From contig JBEBUC010000009.1 in assembly GCA_040393465.1 (NCBI GenBank), positions 10,979-74,978 on the forward strand: a DNA stretch of 64,000 bases, given 5' to 3'. A program made the position numbers and the translations under genes. The notes under the pieces were generated by a model. That model worked only from the letters and a program-made list of their open reading frames with translations. It did no database searches and was not told the DNA's origin. The DNA is from Flavobacterium sp. GTDB taxonomy: Bacteria; Bacteroidota; Bacteroidia; Flavobacteriales; Flavobacteriaceae. Positions 1 to 8,791 of the stretch are shown piece after piece (position 1 is the first letter of the stretch; each line of letters begins with the position of its first letter).

Positions 1-426
1 CCAACCCTATTCAGCACAGAGAAGGGTCTTTTTGTGGAGTTTGAGCTGGAAAAGGCTGTAAACAACGCTCAATTGCGCTATATCACAACCGGACACGGTG
101 GCTGGGAAGCAGGAGATGAGTTTAATCCGAAGGAAAATAAGATTATACTCGATGGTAAGCAAATACATACCGTAATTCCTTGGCGCGAAGATTGTGGGTC
201 GTATCGTTTGATGAATCCCGCATCGGGCAATTTTAAGAACGGTTTGTCGTCTTCCGATTTGAGTCGATCCAATTGGTGCCCCGGAACAGTGACGTATCCG
301 ATGACCATCGGATTGGGGAATTTAGCGGCCGGTAAACACAAAATTCAAATTCGAATCAATCAAGGCGATGCTCAAGGCAGCAGTTTTAGCTCTTGGAATG
401 TCTCTGGGATTTTAATTGGAAACTAA
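1..426 (+). CDS. Peptide-N-glycosidase F (PNGase F) family protein, C-terminal part (5'-truncated by window edge)
   Basis: Frame is open from base 1 (PTLFSTEKGLFVEFELEK...). Motifs ITTGHGGW, GDEF and SRSNWCPG are characteristic of the PNGase F C-terminal domain. Confidence 0.8.
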   Translation, partial: PTLFSTEKGLFVEFELEKAVNNAQLRYITTGHGGWEAGDEFNPKENKIILDGKQIHTVIPWREDCGSYRLMNPASGNFKNGLSSSDLSRSNWCPGTVTYPMTIGLGNLAAGKHKIQIRINQGDAQGSSFSSWNVSGILIGN

Positions 427-443
427 TTCGCATTCATTAATCA

Positions 444-487
444 ATAAAAAAAGCCCTTTAGATTTTATCTAAAGGGCTTTTTTTATT
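444..487. terminator. Bidirectional intrinsic terminator between convergent genes
   Basis: AAAAAAAGCCCTTTAGA / TCTAAAGGGCTTTTTTT inverted repeat with A and T tracts on either side. Confidence 0.85.
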
Positions 488-501
488 GAAACGCTACCGT
501 A

Positions 502-1860
502 TTATTGAATTGAACTGATAATATCGTGTTTGGTAATGATGTTGTATTTACCGTCTTTTGTTTTAAGTAAAACCGCCGCATGTTCTTGGAATAAAGGCGA
601 TACTTTTTCAACTGGTGTATCTTCATCTACTATGGGATAGGGTTTGCCCATCACTTCGCGAATTGGTTTATCGGAAATATCTTTATTGATTAAATAACTT
701 TGAAATAAATCGGTTTCGTCTAACGACCCCACAAATCCCGTAATATCGACTACCGGTATTTGAGAGATATTAAATTTATGCATTCTCAAAATGGCATGAG
801 ATACCAATTCTTCCGTACGTACGATTACCAATGGTTTGTCTTTATGCGATTCTACCAAATCTTTGGCCAATACTACTTTTTCTTCTAGGTACCCTTGTGA
901 ACGCATCCAATCGTCGTTGAACATTTTACCTACGTATCGACTACCGCTATCGTGAAATAAAACAACGACTACGTCATCGGGACCAAAATGTTCCTTCAAT
1001 TGCAACATGCCTTTAATAGCAGCTCCGGCAGAATTACCAACAAAAATACCTTCTTCCAAAGCTATTTTACGCGTATATACCGCAGCATCTTTATCGGTAA
1101 CTTTAGTAAACCCATCGATGAGCGAAAAGTCAACGTTTTTAGGCAATATGTCTTCACCGATTCCCTCCGTCACATACGAGTATACTTCGTTTTCGTCGAA
1201 GATTCCCGTTTCATGGTATTTTTTAAATACGGATCCATACGTGTCAATTCCCCAGATTTTGATGTTGGGGTTTTTCTCTTTGAGGTATTTTGCCGTTCCA
1301 GAAATCGTACCACCGGTACCTACACCTGAGATGAAATGGGTAATTTTCCCGTCGGTTTGTTCCCAAATCTCAGGCCCAGTTTGCTCGTAATGTGCCAAGG
1401 CATTTGACGGATTGTCGTATTGATTTACATACCAAGCATGGGGCGTTTCTTCTGCCAATCTTTTGGATACGGAATAATACGAACGCGGGTCTGATGGTTC
1501 TACATCGGTTGGACAAACGACTACTTCGGCACCCACTGCACGAAGGATATCCATCTTTTCTTTGGATTGTTTGTCCGAAATGACACAAATTAATTTATAT
1601 CCTTTTACGATAGCGGCCAAGGCCAATCCCATACCCGTATTTCCCGAAGTACCTTCTATGATAGTTCCACCCGGTTTTAATCGGCCATCAGCCTCTGCAT
1701 CGGCAATCATTTTCACCGCCATCCGGTCCTTAATTGAATTACCGGGATTAAAGGTTTCTACCTTTGCCAAAACCAGAGCAGTAATGTCTTCTGTAACTTT
1801 ATTCAATTGAACCAAAGGTGTATTCCCAATGGTTTCTAATATGTTTTTTGCGTATTTCAT
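502..1860 (-). CDS. Cystathionine beta-synthase family PLP enzyme with C-terminal CBS pair
   Basis: NPGNSIKDR PLP lysine, GTSGNTG and GVGTGGT motifs; C-terminal CBS domains (ISQIPVVD, IITKHDII). Confidence 0.9.
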   Translation of the reverse strand: MKYAKNILETIGNTPLVQLNKVTEDITALVLAKVETFNPGNSIKDRMAVKMIADAEADGRLKPGGTIIEGTSGNTGMGLALAAIVKGYKLICVISDKQSKEKMDILRAVGAEVVVCPTDVEPSDPRSYYSVSKRLAEETPHAWYVNQYDNPSNALAHYEQTGPEIWEQTDGKITHFISGVGTGGTISGTAKYLKEKNPNIKIWGIDTYGSVFKKYHETGIFDENEVYSYVTEGIGEDILPKNVDFSLIDGFTKVTDKDAAVYTRKIALEEGIFVGNSAGAAIKGMLQLKEHFGPDDVVVVLFHDSGSRYVGKMFNDDWMRSQGYLEEKVVLAKDLVESHKDKPLVIVRTEELVSHAILRMHKFNISQIPVVDITGFVGSLDETDLFQSYLINKDISDKPIREVMGKPYPIVDEDTPVEKVSPLFQEHAAVLLKTKDGKYNIITKHDIISSIQ

Positions 1861-1892
1861 CGTGCGTAATTTTATACTATACTAAAGTGGAA

Positions 1893-1900
1893 CAAAGATA
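1893..1900 (-). promoter_or_regulatory. Bacteroidetes -7 promoter element (TATCTTTG) for the CBS gene
   Basis: Exact TAnnTTTG consensus 33 nt upstream of the start codon. Confidence 0.6.
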
Positions 1901-1948
1901 TTGATTGCCCTGCTTTTTATACCTATCTATTATTTTAAATTTAGTGCG

Positions 1949-2038
1949 ATTTGCGTGAAGGATGGTAGCGACATCCTTTTGATTTTATTCTAAAAATCAA
2001 AAGATAAAGCGAACAGCCTGGTCCGGAGGGCACGCCCC
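1949..2038 (+). ncRNA. Flavo-1-like structured RNA / repeated element
   Basis: GC-rich island TTTGCGTGAAGGATGGTAGCGACATCCTTTT...AAAAGATAAAGCGAACAGCCTGGTCCGGAGGGCACGCCC. GCGTG/CACGC can close it and there is an internal CTTTTGATTTT/AAAATCAAAAG stem. Resembles the Flavo-1 motif of Flavobacteria as I recall it; not verified by covariance model. Confidence 0.6.
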
Positions 2039-2045
2039 CTATATC

Positions 2046-4067
2046 TTATGTAAAGAAATTCCACACCAATCCAAAACGAATTGCAAAATCGCGGTAAGGA
2101 TAATTGGGTGCTGAATAAAAGTTATAACCCGTCATTGACGAATTAAAATGTTCGGCCTTTAGATAAATTCTAGCCGTACGAACTTTTAAATTGATAAAAA
2201 AGTCCAACACGGGGAAATCGCCTATTTTGCGTTGATCTTGTACATAGAAGTCGCCAATTAACGGATTGTAGTCGTTGGCATAATAACTACTAAAGTAACT
2301 CAAGGTCACGCCGGTTTGGAATTTTAAAGCCTTGTCAAAAAAGGCATCGGTAAAATACAAGGTGCTTCTCAAGACAACTTCGGGCACATTTAGAACAGCT
2401 TGGGATTGATCAACTTTTTGATACAATACCGTATTGTCTAACCCCCATTTGCCCACGCGTAAATCCTTATTGGCTTGTAGCGATAAATAGTTTATGGTTC
2501 CGTCGTATTGAGTTGGCTTTACCAACAGCTGCACCGGCATTCCTTCGTCGTTAACCGCTGTAGCCGTATTGGCAAAATATATTTTATCGTTGATGACTTC
2601 GTATTTAGCCGAGATATTCAACCAAGGGGTAGTAGCCGCAGCGGTGAACTGCGTGATTTTTTCATTGTTAAACTGGTTATACCAATTGTAATTCACATAA
2701 TCACTTTGGTATAATTGGTAATTTAAGTCTGGGGTTTTATTTCGTTTTTGGAATCCAAAATCAATTTGAATTTCTGAATTAAGATGGTATCTTAAATCCG
2801 CTTCAATATTACTGGTATCATCATCGCCCAAAGAGTTTGAAATCAATAAACTTCCCTTCCATTTATTTTTGTGATAAATATATTTTCCTCCAACTAAAGT
2901 AATGTTTTTGTTAATTCCACTCGGAATAACTTGGTCCGAAATAACCGCTATACTTTTATAACGGTAATCGTATTGTAGGAATTCGGTAAAAAATTCAAAC
3001 CGACCAAATAAGCTCGATTGGTAGGCAGCACCGACTTTGTTATGCAGTTGATAGTAACGGGTTTTGTTGCTGATTTCGGACTGGAAGAAATTTCCAAACC
3101 TCAATGGATCCCCTACAATGCCACCGGCTGCTGCATTGGGTTGAGAATAATTAAAAAATTTGTCTTCATAGGTAAACTCGTGTGTCAATAAAATACCGTT
3201 TTCCAAAGAGCTATTCAATTGATATTGATGGTTGACATACAAGCGCTTTCCCTTTAAAATGGTTTCCACATCACGGAAATAGACATTGAGCTGATCTCGC
3301 TTATCATAAGGCACCTCACTGCTCTCAAAGTTAGCCAAATCGGTGATTCCGCCATTCTCCTGATTCATGATGTCCTGAGCTGTTATGTGCGTACGTAAAA
3401 AATATCGTTTGTTGTCAGATATGTAACTGGCTCCCAATTTAAAATTACCTGTAGATGCCAATTGGTTAATGTATTTACCCAAAGAGCGCATTCCTTTATA
3501 ACCTACAAAAAAGTTTAAGTTTTTACTGGTATTTAAGGTCACAAAGGCATCTAAAATCTGCCCTTGTTTCATAACAGAGCGGTAAAATAAATCGGTATAA
3601 GGCGTGGGCGCAGAAAAATAATTGATGTCCTCTATTTGCAGGTAATTAAATTGTTTGGCATTAAAACCCATAGCGGGTAAAACGGTGTTTTTTTGTGCAC
3701 CGTAATTTAAAACAGTATAGGTTTGTCCCTCATTTGCAAAAGGCAATAATCCAAAATCATCTTTACGCAAATAATTCATGGCGTAATACTTTTTTAAACT
3801 TAAAGCAGTGTCTACAGAAATGGTATCGTTTCTTAAGGTAATAATTTTATAATCGGCTATAGGGGCAACGGAATCTTTGACGATAACGTCTTTGTCTTTG
3901 CGATTTACGTCACTGTTGTCAAGATTGTTATTATTATTGCTTTTATTTAAAGATTTTTGATCCGTTGAAAATTGTTTTCCACTGTCTACACGAACGGCTT
4001 TTTTAGTGATTTGAGCCGATACACTCAAAGAGACTAAAACCAATAAAACGGAAAGATACTTTTGCAT
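2046..4067 (-). CDS. Putative porin (Bacteroidetes outer-membrane beta-barrel)
   Basis: Signal peptide from ATG 4067 (MQKYLSVLLVLVSLSVSA), beta-strand-rich body, C-terminal FGLVWNFFT. The track's TTG at 4088 overlaps the promoter. Confidence 0.75.
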   Translation of the reverse strand: MQKYLSVLLVLVSLSVSAQITKKAVRVDSGKQFSTDQKSLNKSNNNNNLDNSDVNRKDKDVIVKDSVAPIADYKIITLRNDTISVDTALSLKKYYAMNYLRKDDFGLLPFANEGQTYTVLNYGAQKNTVLPAMGFNAKQFNYLQIEDINYFSAPTPYTDLFYRSVMKQGQILDAFVTLNTSKNLNFFVGYKGMRSLGKYINQLASTGNFKLGASYISDNKRYFLRTHITAQDIMNQENGGITDLANFESSEVPYDKRDQLNVYFRDVETILKGKRLYVNHQYQLNSSLENGILLTHEFTYEDKFFNYSQPNAAAGGIVGDPLRFGNFFQSEISNKTRYYQLHNKVGAAYQSSLFGRFEFFTEFLQYDYRYKSIAVISDQVIPSGINKNITLVGGKYIYHKNKWKGSLLISNSLGDDDTSNIEADLRYHLNSEIQIDFGFQKRNKTPDLNYQLYQSDYVNYNWYNQFNNEKITQFTAAATTPWLNISAKYEVINDKIYFANTATAVNDEGMPVQLLVKPTQYDGTINYLSLQANKDLRVGKWGLDNTVLYQKVDQSQAVLNVPEVVLRSTLYFTDAFFDKALKFQTGVTLSYFSSYYANDYNPLIGDFYVQDQRKIGDFPVLDFFINLKVRTARIYLKAEHFNSSMTGYNFYSAPNYPYRDFAIRFGLVWNFFT

Positions 4068-4085
4068 AAAAAAGATTAGTTTGGA

Positions 4086-4093
4086 CAAAGGTA
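4086..4093 (-). promoter_or_regulatory. -7 promoter element (TACCTTTG) for the porin gene
   Basis: Exact TAnnTTTG consensus 19 nt upstream of ATG 4067. Confidence 0.6.
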
Positions 4094-4113
4094 ATTTTAT
4101 TTTTGAATAAAAT

Positions 4114-4141
4114 AAAAAAAGCCATCCGAAGATGGCTTTTT
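4114..4141 (-). terminator. Intrinsic terminator after susD
   Basis: AAAAAAAGCCATC-CGAA-GATGGCTTTTT hairpin. Confidence 0.85.
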
Positions 4142-4178
4142 AGTTATAAAGTTTAGATAAACTATAGAAATCAAAATT

Positions 4179-5564
4179 CTAGTAACCTTTATTTTGTTTG
4201 ATTTTAGTAACGTTAATTTCATTCTGCGGAATTGGAAAAGCCAATTTGGTATCTCCGTAAGGAACCACTTTAGTCGTTACTGGACTTTTTGGTATCTCCA
4301 TTTTATAACGCATCATATCGTCAAAACGGAATCCTTCAAAAATCAACTCTTTTCTACGCTCAGTACGAATGTCATCAAGTGTTAAAACGGTATATGCCTC
4401 CTCTCCTCTTTGAGCCACCAATTGGTTTATTAAATCCAACGCCTGAGCATCTCCATTATTTAAAATAAAAGCTGCTTCAGCATAGTTCAATAAAAGTTCT
4501 TCAAAACGCATTACTTTAAGATTGGAACTCATCTTTGGATATTTCCCGATGTTTCTAAGGTCTCCGTCAACGTCTTCTGCTATCATTTTTTCACCACCTC
4601 TAACATCGTCAGGGTTAGTGAATAAATCCAACACATCCGGATGCACTAAAACATCTCCATACCCATCATAGCTAAACACATAAAACATCGAGTTTGTTCC
4701 TTGATTGAAAACACCCGATTGTGCCAATTCAAAAATGGAATTTGCCTGTTTGCTTTCTGCTCCAAATGAAGCATCAAATGCTGATTTAGATATTATGCTT
4801 CCACCCATCTCCATAGCCTTTCCAGCTGCATCTTTAGCTACAGCATAGTCTTCTGGAAAAAAAGCAGCGAAATACAAAGCCATTCTAGACTTTAGACCTA
4901 AGGCCGATTGTTTGTTTATTCTAGTAAATTCACTAGTATCGTCTGTCATCAAAGAAATAGCTTTGTCGATATCGGCATAGATTAACGCTCTATTTTCTTT
5001 AACAGTCAGACGAACATAACTCTTTGTATCTAATTCGGAAAATTTAGTGATGTATGGCACTCCTAAAGCATCTGCATTTTGATCGACATGCTGTTGTCCA
5101 TACAATTTCACCAAATCAAAATGTGCTAAGGCACGAATCGCATAAGCTTGTCCTTTATAATGACCTATAGCTTCTTTATCACCTTTAGTAACATCAGCAC
5201 CAATAGCCAAATTGGATGAGTTAATTACTTTGTAAATTTGTTTCCAAGTATCCGCTGGATACACATGGTTAGCGGTAACTGCAAATTGGCTTACGTTAAT
5301 AAAACGGTTTGAATACCCAACCGAATAAGCATTATCCGTACGTACTTCGTCAAACATCAAGATTTCTCTACCGTAATAAGTAAAGTGAGTCATCGTTTCG
5401 TAAGCACCAGTAAGCACCGCTCTCAAGTCCGACTCGGTCTCGATTGGTTTTACATTTAAATCTCTATCTACAGATAGCGACGGGTCTAAAGCATCTTTCG
5501 AACAAGACACCAAACCACCACCTAATACTAATAGTGAGAAAACAGTATAAAATATTTTTTTCAT
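4179..5564 (-). CDS. RagB/SusD family nutrient-binding outer-membrane lipoprotein
   Basis: Lipobox LVSC, AIRALAHFDLVKLYG, ERRKELIFEGFRFDDMMR, FPIPQNE and terminal NKGY; directly follows susC. Confidence 0.92.
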   Translation of the reverse strand: MKKIFYTVFSLLVLGGGLVSCSKDALDPSLSVDRDLNVKPIETESDLRAVLTGAYETMTHFTYYGREILMFDEVRTDNAYSVGYSNRFINVSQFAVTANHVYPADTWKQIYKVINSSNLAIGADVTKGDKEAIGHYKGQAYAIRALAHFDLVKLYGQQHVDQNADALGVPYITKFSELDTKSYVRLTVKENRALIYADIDKAISLMTDDTSEFTRINKQSALGLKSRMALYFAAFFPEDYAVAKDAAGKAMEMGGSIISKSAFDASFGAESKQANSIFELAQSGVFNQGTNSMFYVFSYDGYGDVLVHPDVLDLFTNPDDVRGGEKMIAEDVDGDLRNIGKYPKMSSNLKVMRFEELLLNYAEAAFILNNGDAQALDLINQLVAQRGEEAYTVLTLDDIRTERRKELIFEGFRFDDMMRYKMEIPKSPVTTKVVPYGDTKLAFPIPQNEINVTKIKQNKGY

Positions 5565-5570
5565 GGTTTC

Positions 5571-8500
5571 TTAGAATTTAACATTAATCGAAAATACTAC
5601 CGATTTAATAGGAGGAGCTGTTAAGCTCGTAAATCCACTAGCATCAATTTCTGGATCGTATTTCAATCTACTATCTTTAACCCAAGTAGCTAGGTTTGTT
5701 CCAACTACAGACAAGGTGATTCCATCTAATTTGATAAATCTCAATGCTTCAGAACTGAAATTATAACCAAAGGCTACATTTCTTAGACGGATATAATCTC
5801 CATCATATAAAAATCTTGAAGAAGGTGATGTTGACGCAGCGTTAGGAGCACTTAAAACATCCACTCGCGGTACATCAGTGATGTCACCCGGATTTTGCCA
5901 TCTGTCCATCAAATTATCCACCCCATTGTATGTCACTAAAGAACTTGTACTTACACTATGTGTTTGAGCAGCCCAATCTTCATATACTTTATGTCCACCA
6001 GCAAAGGAGAACAAAGCATCAACGAAAAATCCTTTATAATCTAAATGTGTAAAAACACCCCCAGAATAAGTCGGTAATGGACTTCCTCCTTGATATACTG
6101 CCTCTGCCTCGCCATAAGTCGACGTTTTAGTTCCATCAGCTTTATACCATTGTGCCAAACCGTCTTCTGGATTTACTCCTGCATAGGTTGGCATGTGCCA
6201 TGCGTAAATAGGTTGACCTACAGCATCTCTTTTATAAGAATTCTTAAGAACTGTATATTCTCCATTTTCAATAGGCATCTTCGTCATTTCACTTTTTACA
6301 GTTCCCAAGTTACCACCAATAGACCAGTTGAAGTCTTGTGAACGGATAACATCTACATTCAATTCAAATTCAAAACCTTTGTTTTCAACTGCCCCAATAT
6401 TTTGAATTTGAGAATCATATCCACTCATTTTAGAAAGTGGATTAGCCATCAACATGTCTGATGATTTGGTTTTAAAATAAGCTGCAGATGCTGTAATTCT
6501 ATTGTCAAAAAGACCAAATTGAATACCAACGTCAAGTTTATCTTGTTTTTCCCACCCAATCGGTCCACCTAATTGCAAAGGTGCGATTCCACCTTCTCCA
6601 TCATAAGAAACCGTATTAGCTAATGCTTGAAATTGATTTACGTCAAAATCAGCATTACCATTGCTACCAATCGAACCTCTTAATCTTAAAGTACTAAATG
6701 CCGATCCTTTTAAAAACTCCTCTTCATGCGCATTCCAAGCTGCACCTACAGACCAGAAATTACCCCAACGAATGTCATCACTAAAACGAGTGTTAGCCTC
6801 TCTTCTTGCGGTCACATCAATTAAGTATTTATTTAAATAGCTATAATTTAAGATTCCTACATAACCTTGATTAGCTGCATCATAGTCTTTACCAGTTGCA
6901 CTAAAGTTAGTTGCTGCAGTACCCAAATGAGTAAAACCAAGTGGAATAACTTCTCCATATCCTTGTAACAATTTGCTTTTAAACTTTTGGTATTCATAAA
7001 CAAACTTCACATCAAATCTATGATCGTCAGCAATATAAAAACGATAATCTAAACCATTTTGCACCAAATAAGAAAAAGTTCTAGTTATATAATTGGAAGA
7101 ACTTCCTCCTACACCTGTACCATCTCCATGAATAGGGTTTTGGTAACCAAGATAGTCAGTCAAACCATAATCCAACGACAGATTGGTAGTGAATTTTAAG
7201 TTGTCCGTAATTTTATAAGACAAACTGTTGGTATTCATCACTTTGGTATAATCATTGATATCATAATTATTTTCCTTGATGTAAAGTACGTTTGCCAAAC
7301 CACCACTTGGCAAGTTATAAGAACCATCCTTGTTATATGCCGGCGTATATGGACTCATAAACAATTTGGTCAAGTTGGGATTTGAGAAATAAGCCCCATT
7401 TTCCAATAACGCATTTTGCTTAACATTGGAAACATTGATACTTGTATTGAATTCTACTCTGTCTGACAATTTTCTCATCATGGTTAAGGAAGCAGAGATT
7501 CTTCTGAAATCTGCACCAATAACCGTACCTTCAGATTTATCATGCCCTAAGGAAGCATAAAAATTAGATTTTTCATCACCTCCAGAAGCCGATACATTTA
7601 CACTTGAAACGGGAGCATCTTTTCTACGAACAAGTTCTCCCCAATCAGTAGATACCTCTCCATCATTTACCCATTTCAATAGTTGTGCTCCGCCGCTTAC
7701 TCTATTATCAGGATTTGTTGCATAAGCATAAGCCTGGTCTCTACCAAATTCTTTTCCTTTGATGTTTCCATACGTATTGTAAACCGCCTCAAGATAAAGT
7801 TCTTTTCTCTGAGCACCGTTTAACATCTGCGGTCCTTTTACCGCATTGTTTTGAAACCCTAAAGTCGTGTTAACTGCAAACTTGGTAGCTCCGCTTTTTC
7901 CTCTTTTAGTGGTAATCAAAATTACTCCATTGGCACCTCTAGCACCATACACTGCCGTAGATCCTGCATCTTTCAGTACAGTCATCGACTCAATATCTGC
8001 ACTGTTAATACCTGCTAAAGCAGAAAGTGAAGTAATTTCTTTTCTACCAGATTGGTTTCCAGACGCATCACTAATATTGTCTCCAATTTTAGGCGCCGTC
8101 ATCATAGGAACCCCATCGATAACGATTAATGGTTCAGTACCCGCCGAAAACGAGTTACGCCCACGAATACGAATGTTTTGTTGTGCTCCAGGAGCCCCTG
8201 AAGTAGTTGACATTTGTAAACCCGCTACCCTTCCTTGAAGTGCTTGATCTGCAGAAACTAAAGGGACTTTAGAAATCACATCTCCTTTTAAGGAAACTAC
8301 GTTACCCGTAATCTCATTTTTCTTTTTTACTTGTCCGTAAGCCAATACGACTACTTCTTCCAACATGGCGTCATTCGGCACCATATTAACGTTAAGTACA
8401 TTTGAAGCCCCAACTGTCTGGGTTACATCTTTTTGTCCGATAAAAGAAAACACCAAAACAGCCCCTTGTTTTACCTTTAAGGAATACTTTCCATCAAGGT

Positions 8501-8666
8501 CGGTTTGGGTACCTGTTGTTGTTCCTTTGATCACTACTGAAACCCCGGGTAAAGGAAACCCAGACTCAGAAACAACTCCCGAAAGAGTTTTTTCCTGCGC
8601 AATCGACAATTGCACAGAAAACGCCAATACTAGTAGCGTTAAAATCCATTTAAACTTCGATTTCAT
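5571..8666 (-). CDS. SusC/RagA family TonB-dependent transporter
   Basis: N-terminal carboxypeptidase-regulatory-like domain; plug motif LKDAGSTAVYGARGANGVILITTKRG; C-terminal F. Confidence 0.95.
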   Translation of the reverse strand: MKSKFKWILTLLVLAFSVQLSIAQEKTLSGVVSESGFPLPGVSVVIKGTTTGTQTDLDGKYSLKVKQGAVLVFSFIGQKDVTQTVGASNVLNVNMVPNDAMLEEVVVLAYGQVKKKNEITGNVVSLKGDVISKVPLVSADQALQGRVAGLQMSTTSGAPGAQQNIRIRGRNSFSAGTEPLIVIDGVPMMTAPKIGDNISDASGNQSGRKEITSLSALAGINSADIESMTVLKDAGSTAVYGARGANGVILITTKRGKSGATKFAVNTTLGFQNNAVKGPQMLNGAQRKELYLEAVYNTYGNIKGKEFGRDQAYAYATNPDNRVSGGAQLLKWVNDGEVSTDWGELVRRKDAPVSSVNVSASGGDEKSNFYASLGHDKSEGTVIGADFRRISASLTMMRKLSDRVEFNTSINVSNVKQNALLENGAYFSNPNLTKLFMSPYTPAYNKDGSYNLPSGGLANVLYIKENNYDINDYTKVMNTNSLSYKITDNLKFTTNLSLDYGLTDYLGYQNPIHGDGTGVGGSSSNYITRTFSYLVQNGLDYRFYIADDHRFDVKFVYEYQKFKSKLLQGYGEVIPLGFTHLGTAATNFSATGKDYDAANQGYVGILNYSYLNKYLIDVTARREANTRFSDDIRWGNFWSVGAAWNAHEEEFLKGSAFSTLRLRGSIGSNGNADFDVNQFQALANTVSYDGEGGIAPLQLGGPIGWEKQDKLDVGIQFGLFDNRITASAAYFKTKSSDMLMANPLSKMSGYDSQIQNIGAVENKGFEFELNVDVIRSQDFNWSIGGNLGTVKSEMTKMPIENGEYTVLKNSYKRDAVGQPIYAWHMPTYAGVNPEDGLAQWYKADGTKTSTYGEAEAVYQGGSPLPTYSGGVFTHLDYKGFFVDALFSFAGGHKVYEDWAAQTHSVSTSSLVTYNGVDNLMDRWQNPGDITDVPRVDVLSAPNAASTSPSSRFLYDGDYIRLRNVAFGYNFSSEALRFIKLDGITLSVVGTNLATWVKDSRLKYDPEIDASGFTSLTAPPIKSVVFSINVKF

Positions 8667-8691
8667 TATTGAATTGAATTAGTTAGTCTAA

Positions 8692-8699
8692 CAAACTTA
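8692..8699 (-). promoter_or_regulatory. -7 promoter element (TAAGTTTG) for susCD
   Basis: TAnnTTTG consensus 26 nt upstream of the susC ATG. Confidence 0.55.
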
Positions 8700-8791
8700 C
8701 TAAAATTTTGTTAGATAATATATTTTTAACATTCTAATTCCCTCAATATCCAAGCATTTACGCTATATATAGTGTATAAAAATTCGGTTTT

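Noticed and set aside
988-1810. Several + strand ORFs inside the CBS gene, and similar nested ORFs throughout the window
   Set aside because: Fully overlapped by well-supported genes and lacking motifs; treated as shadow ORFs.
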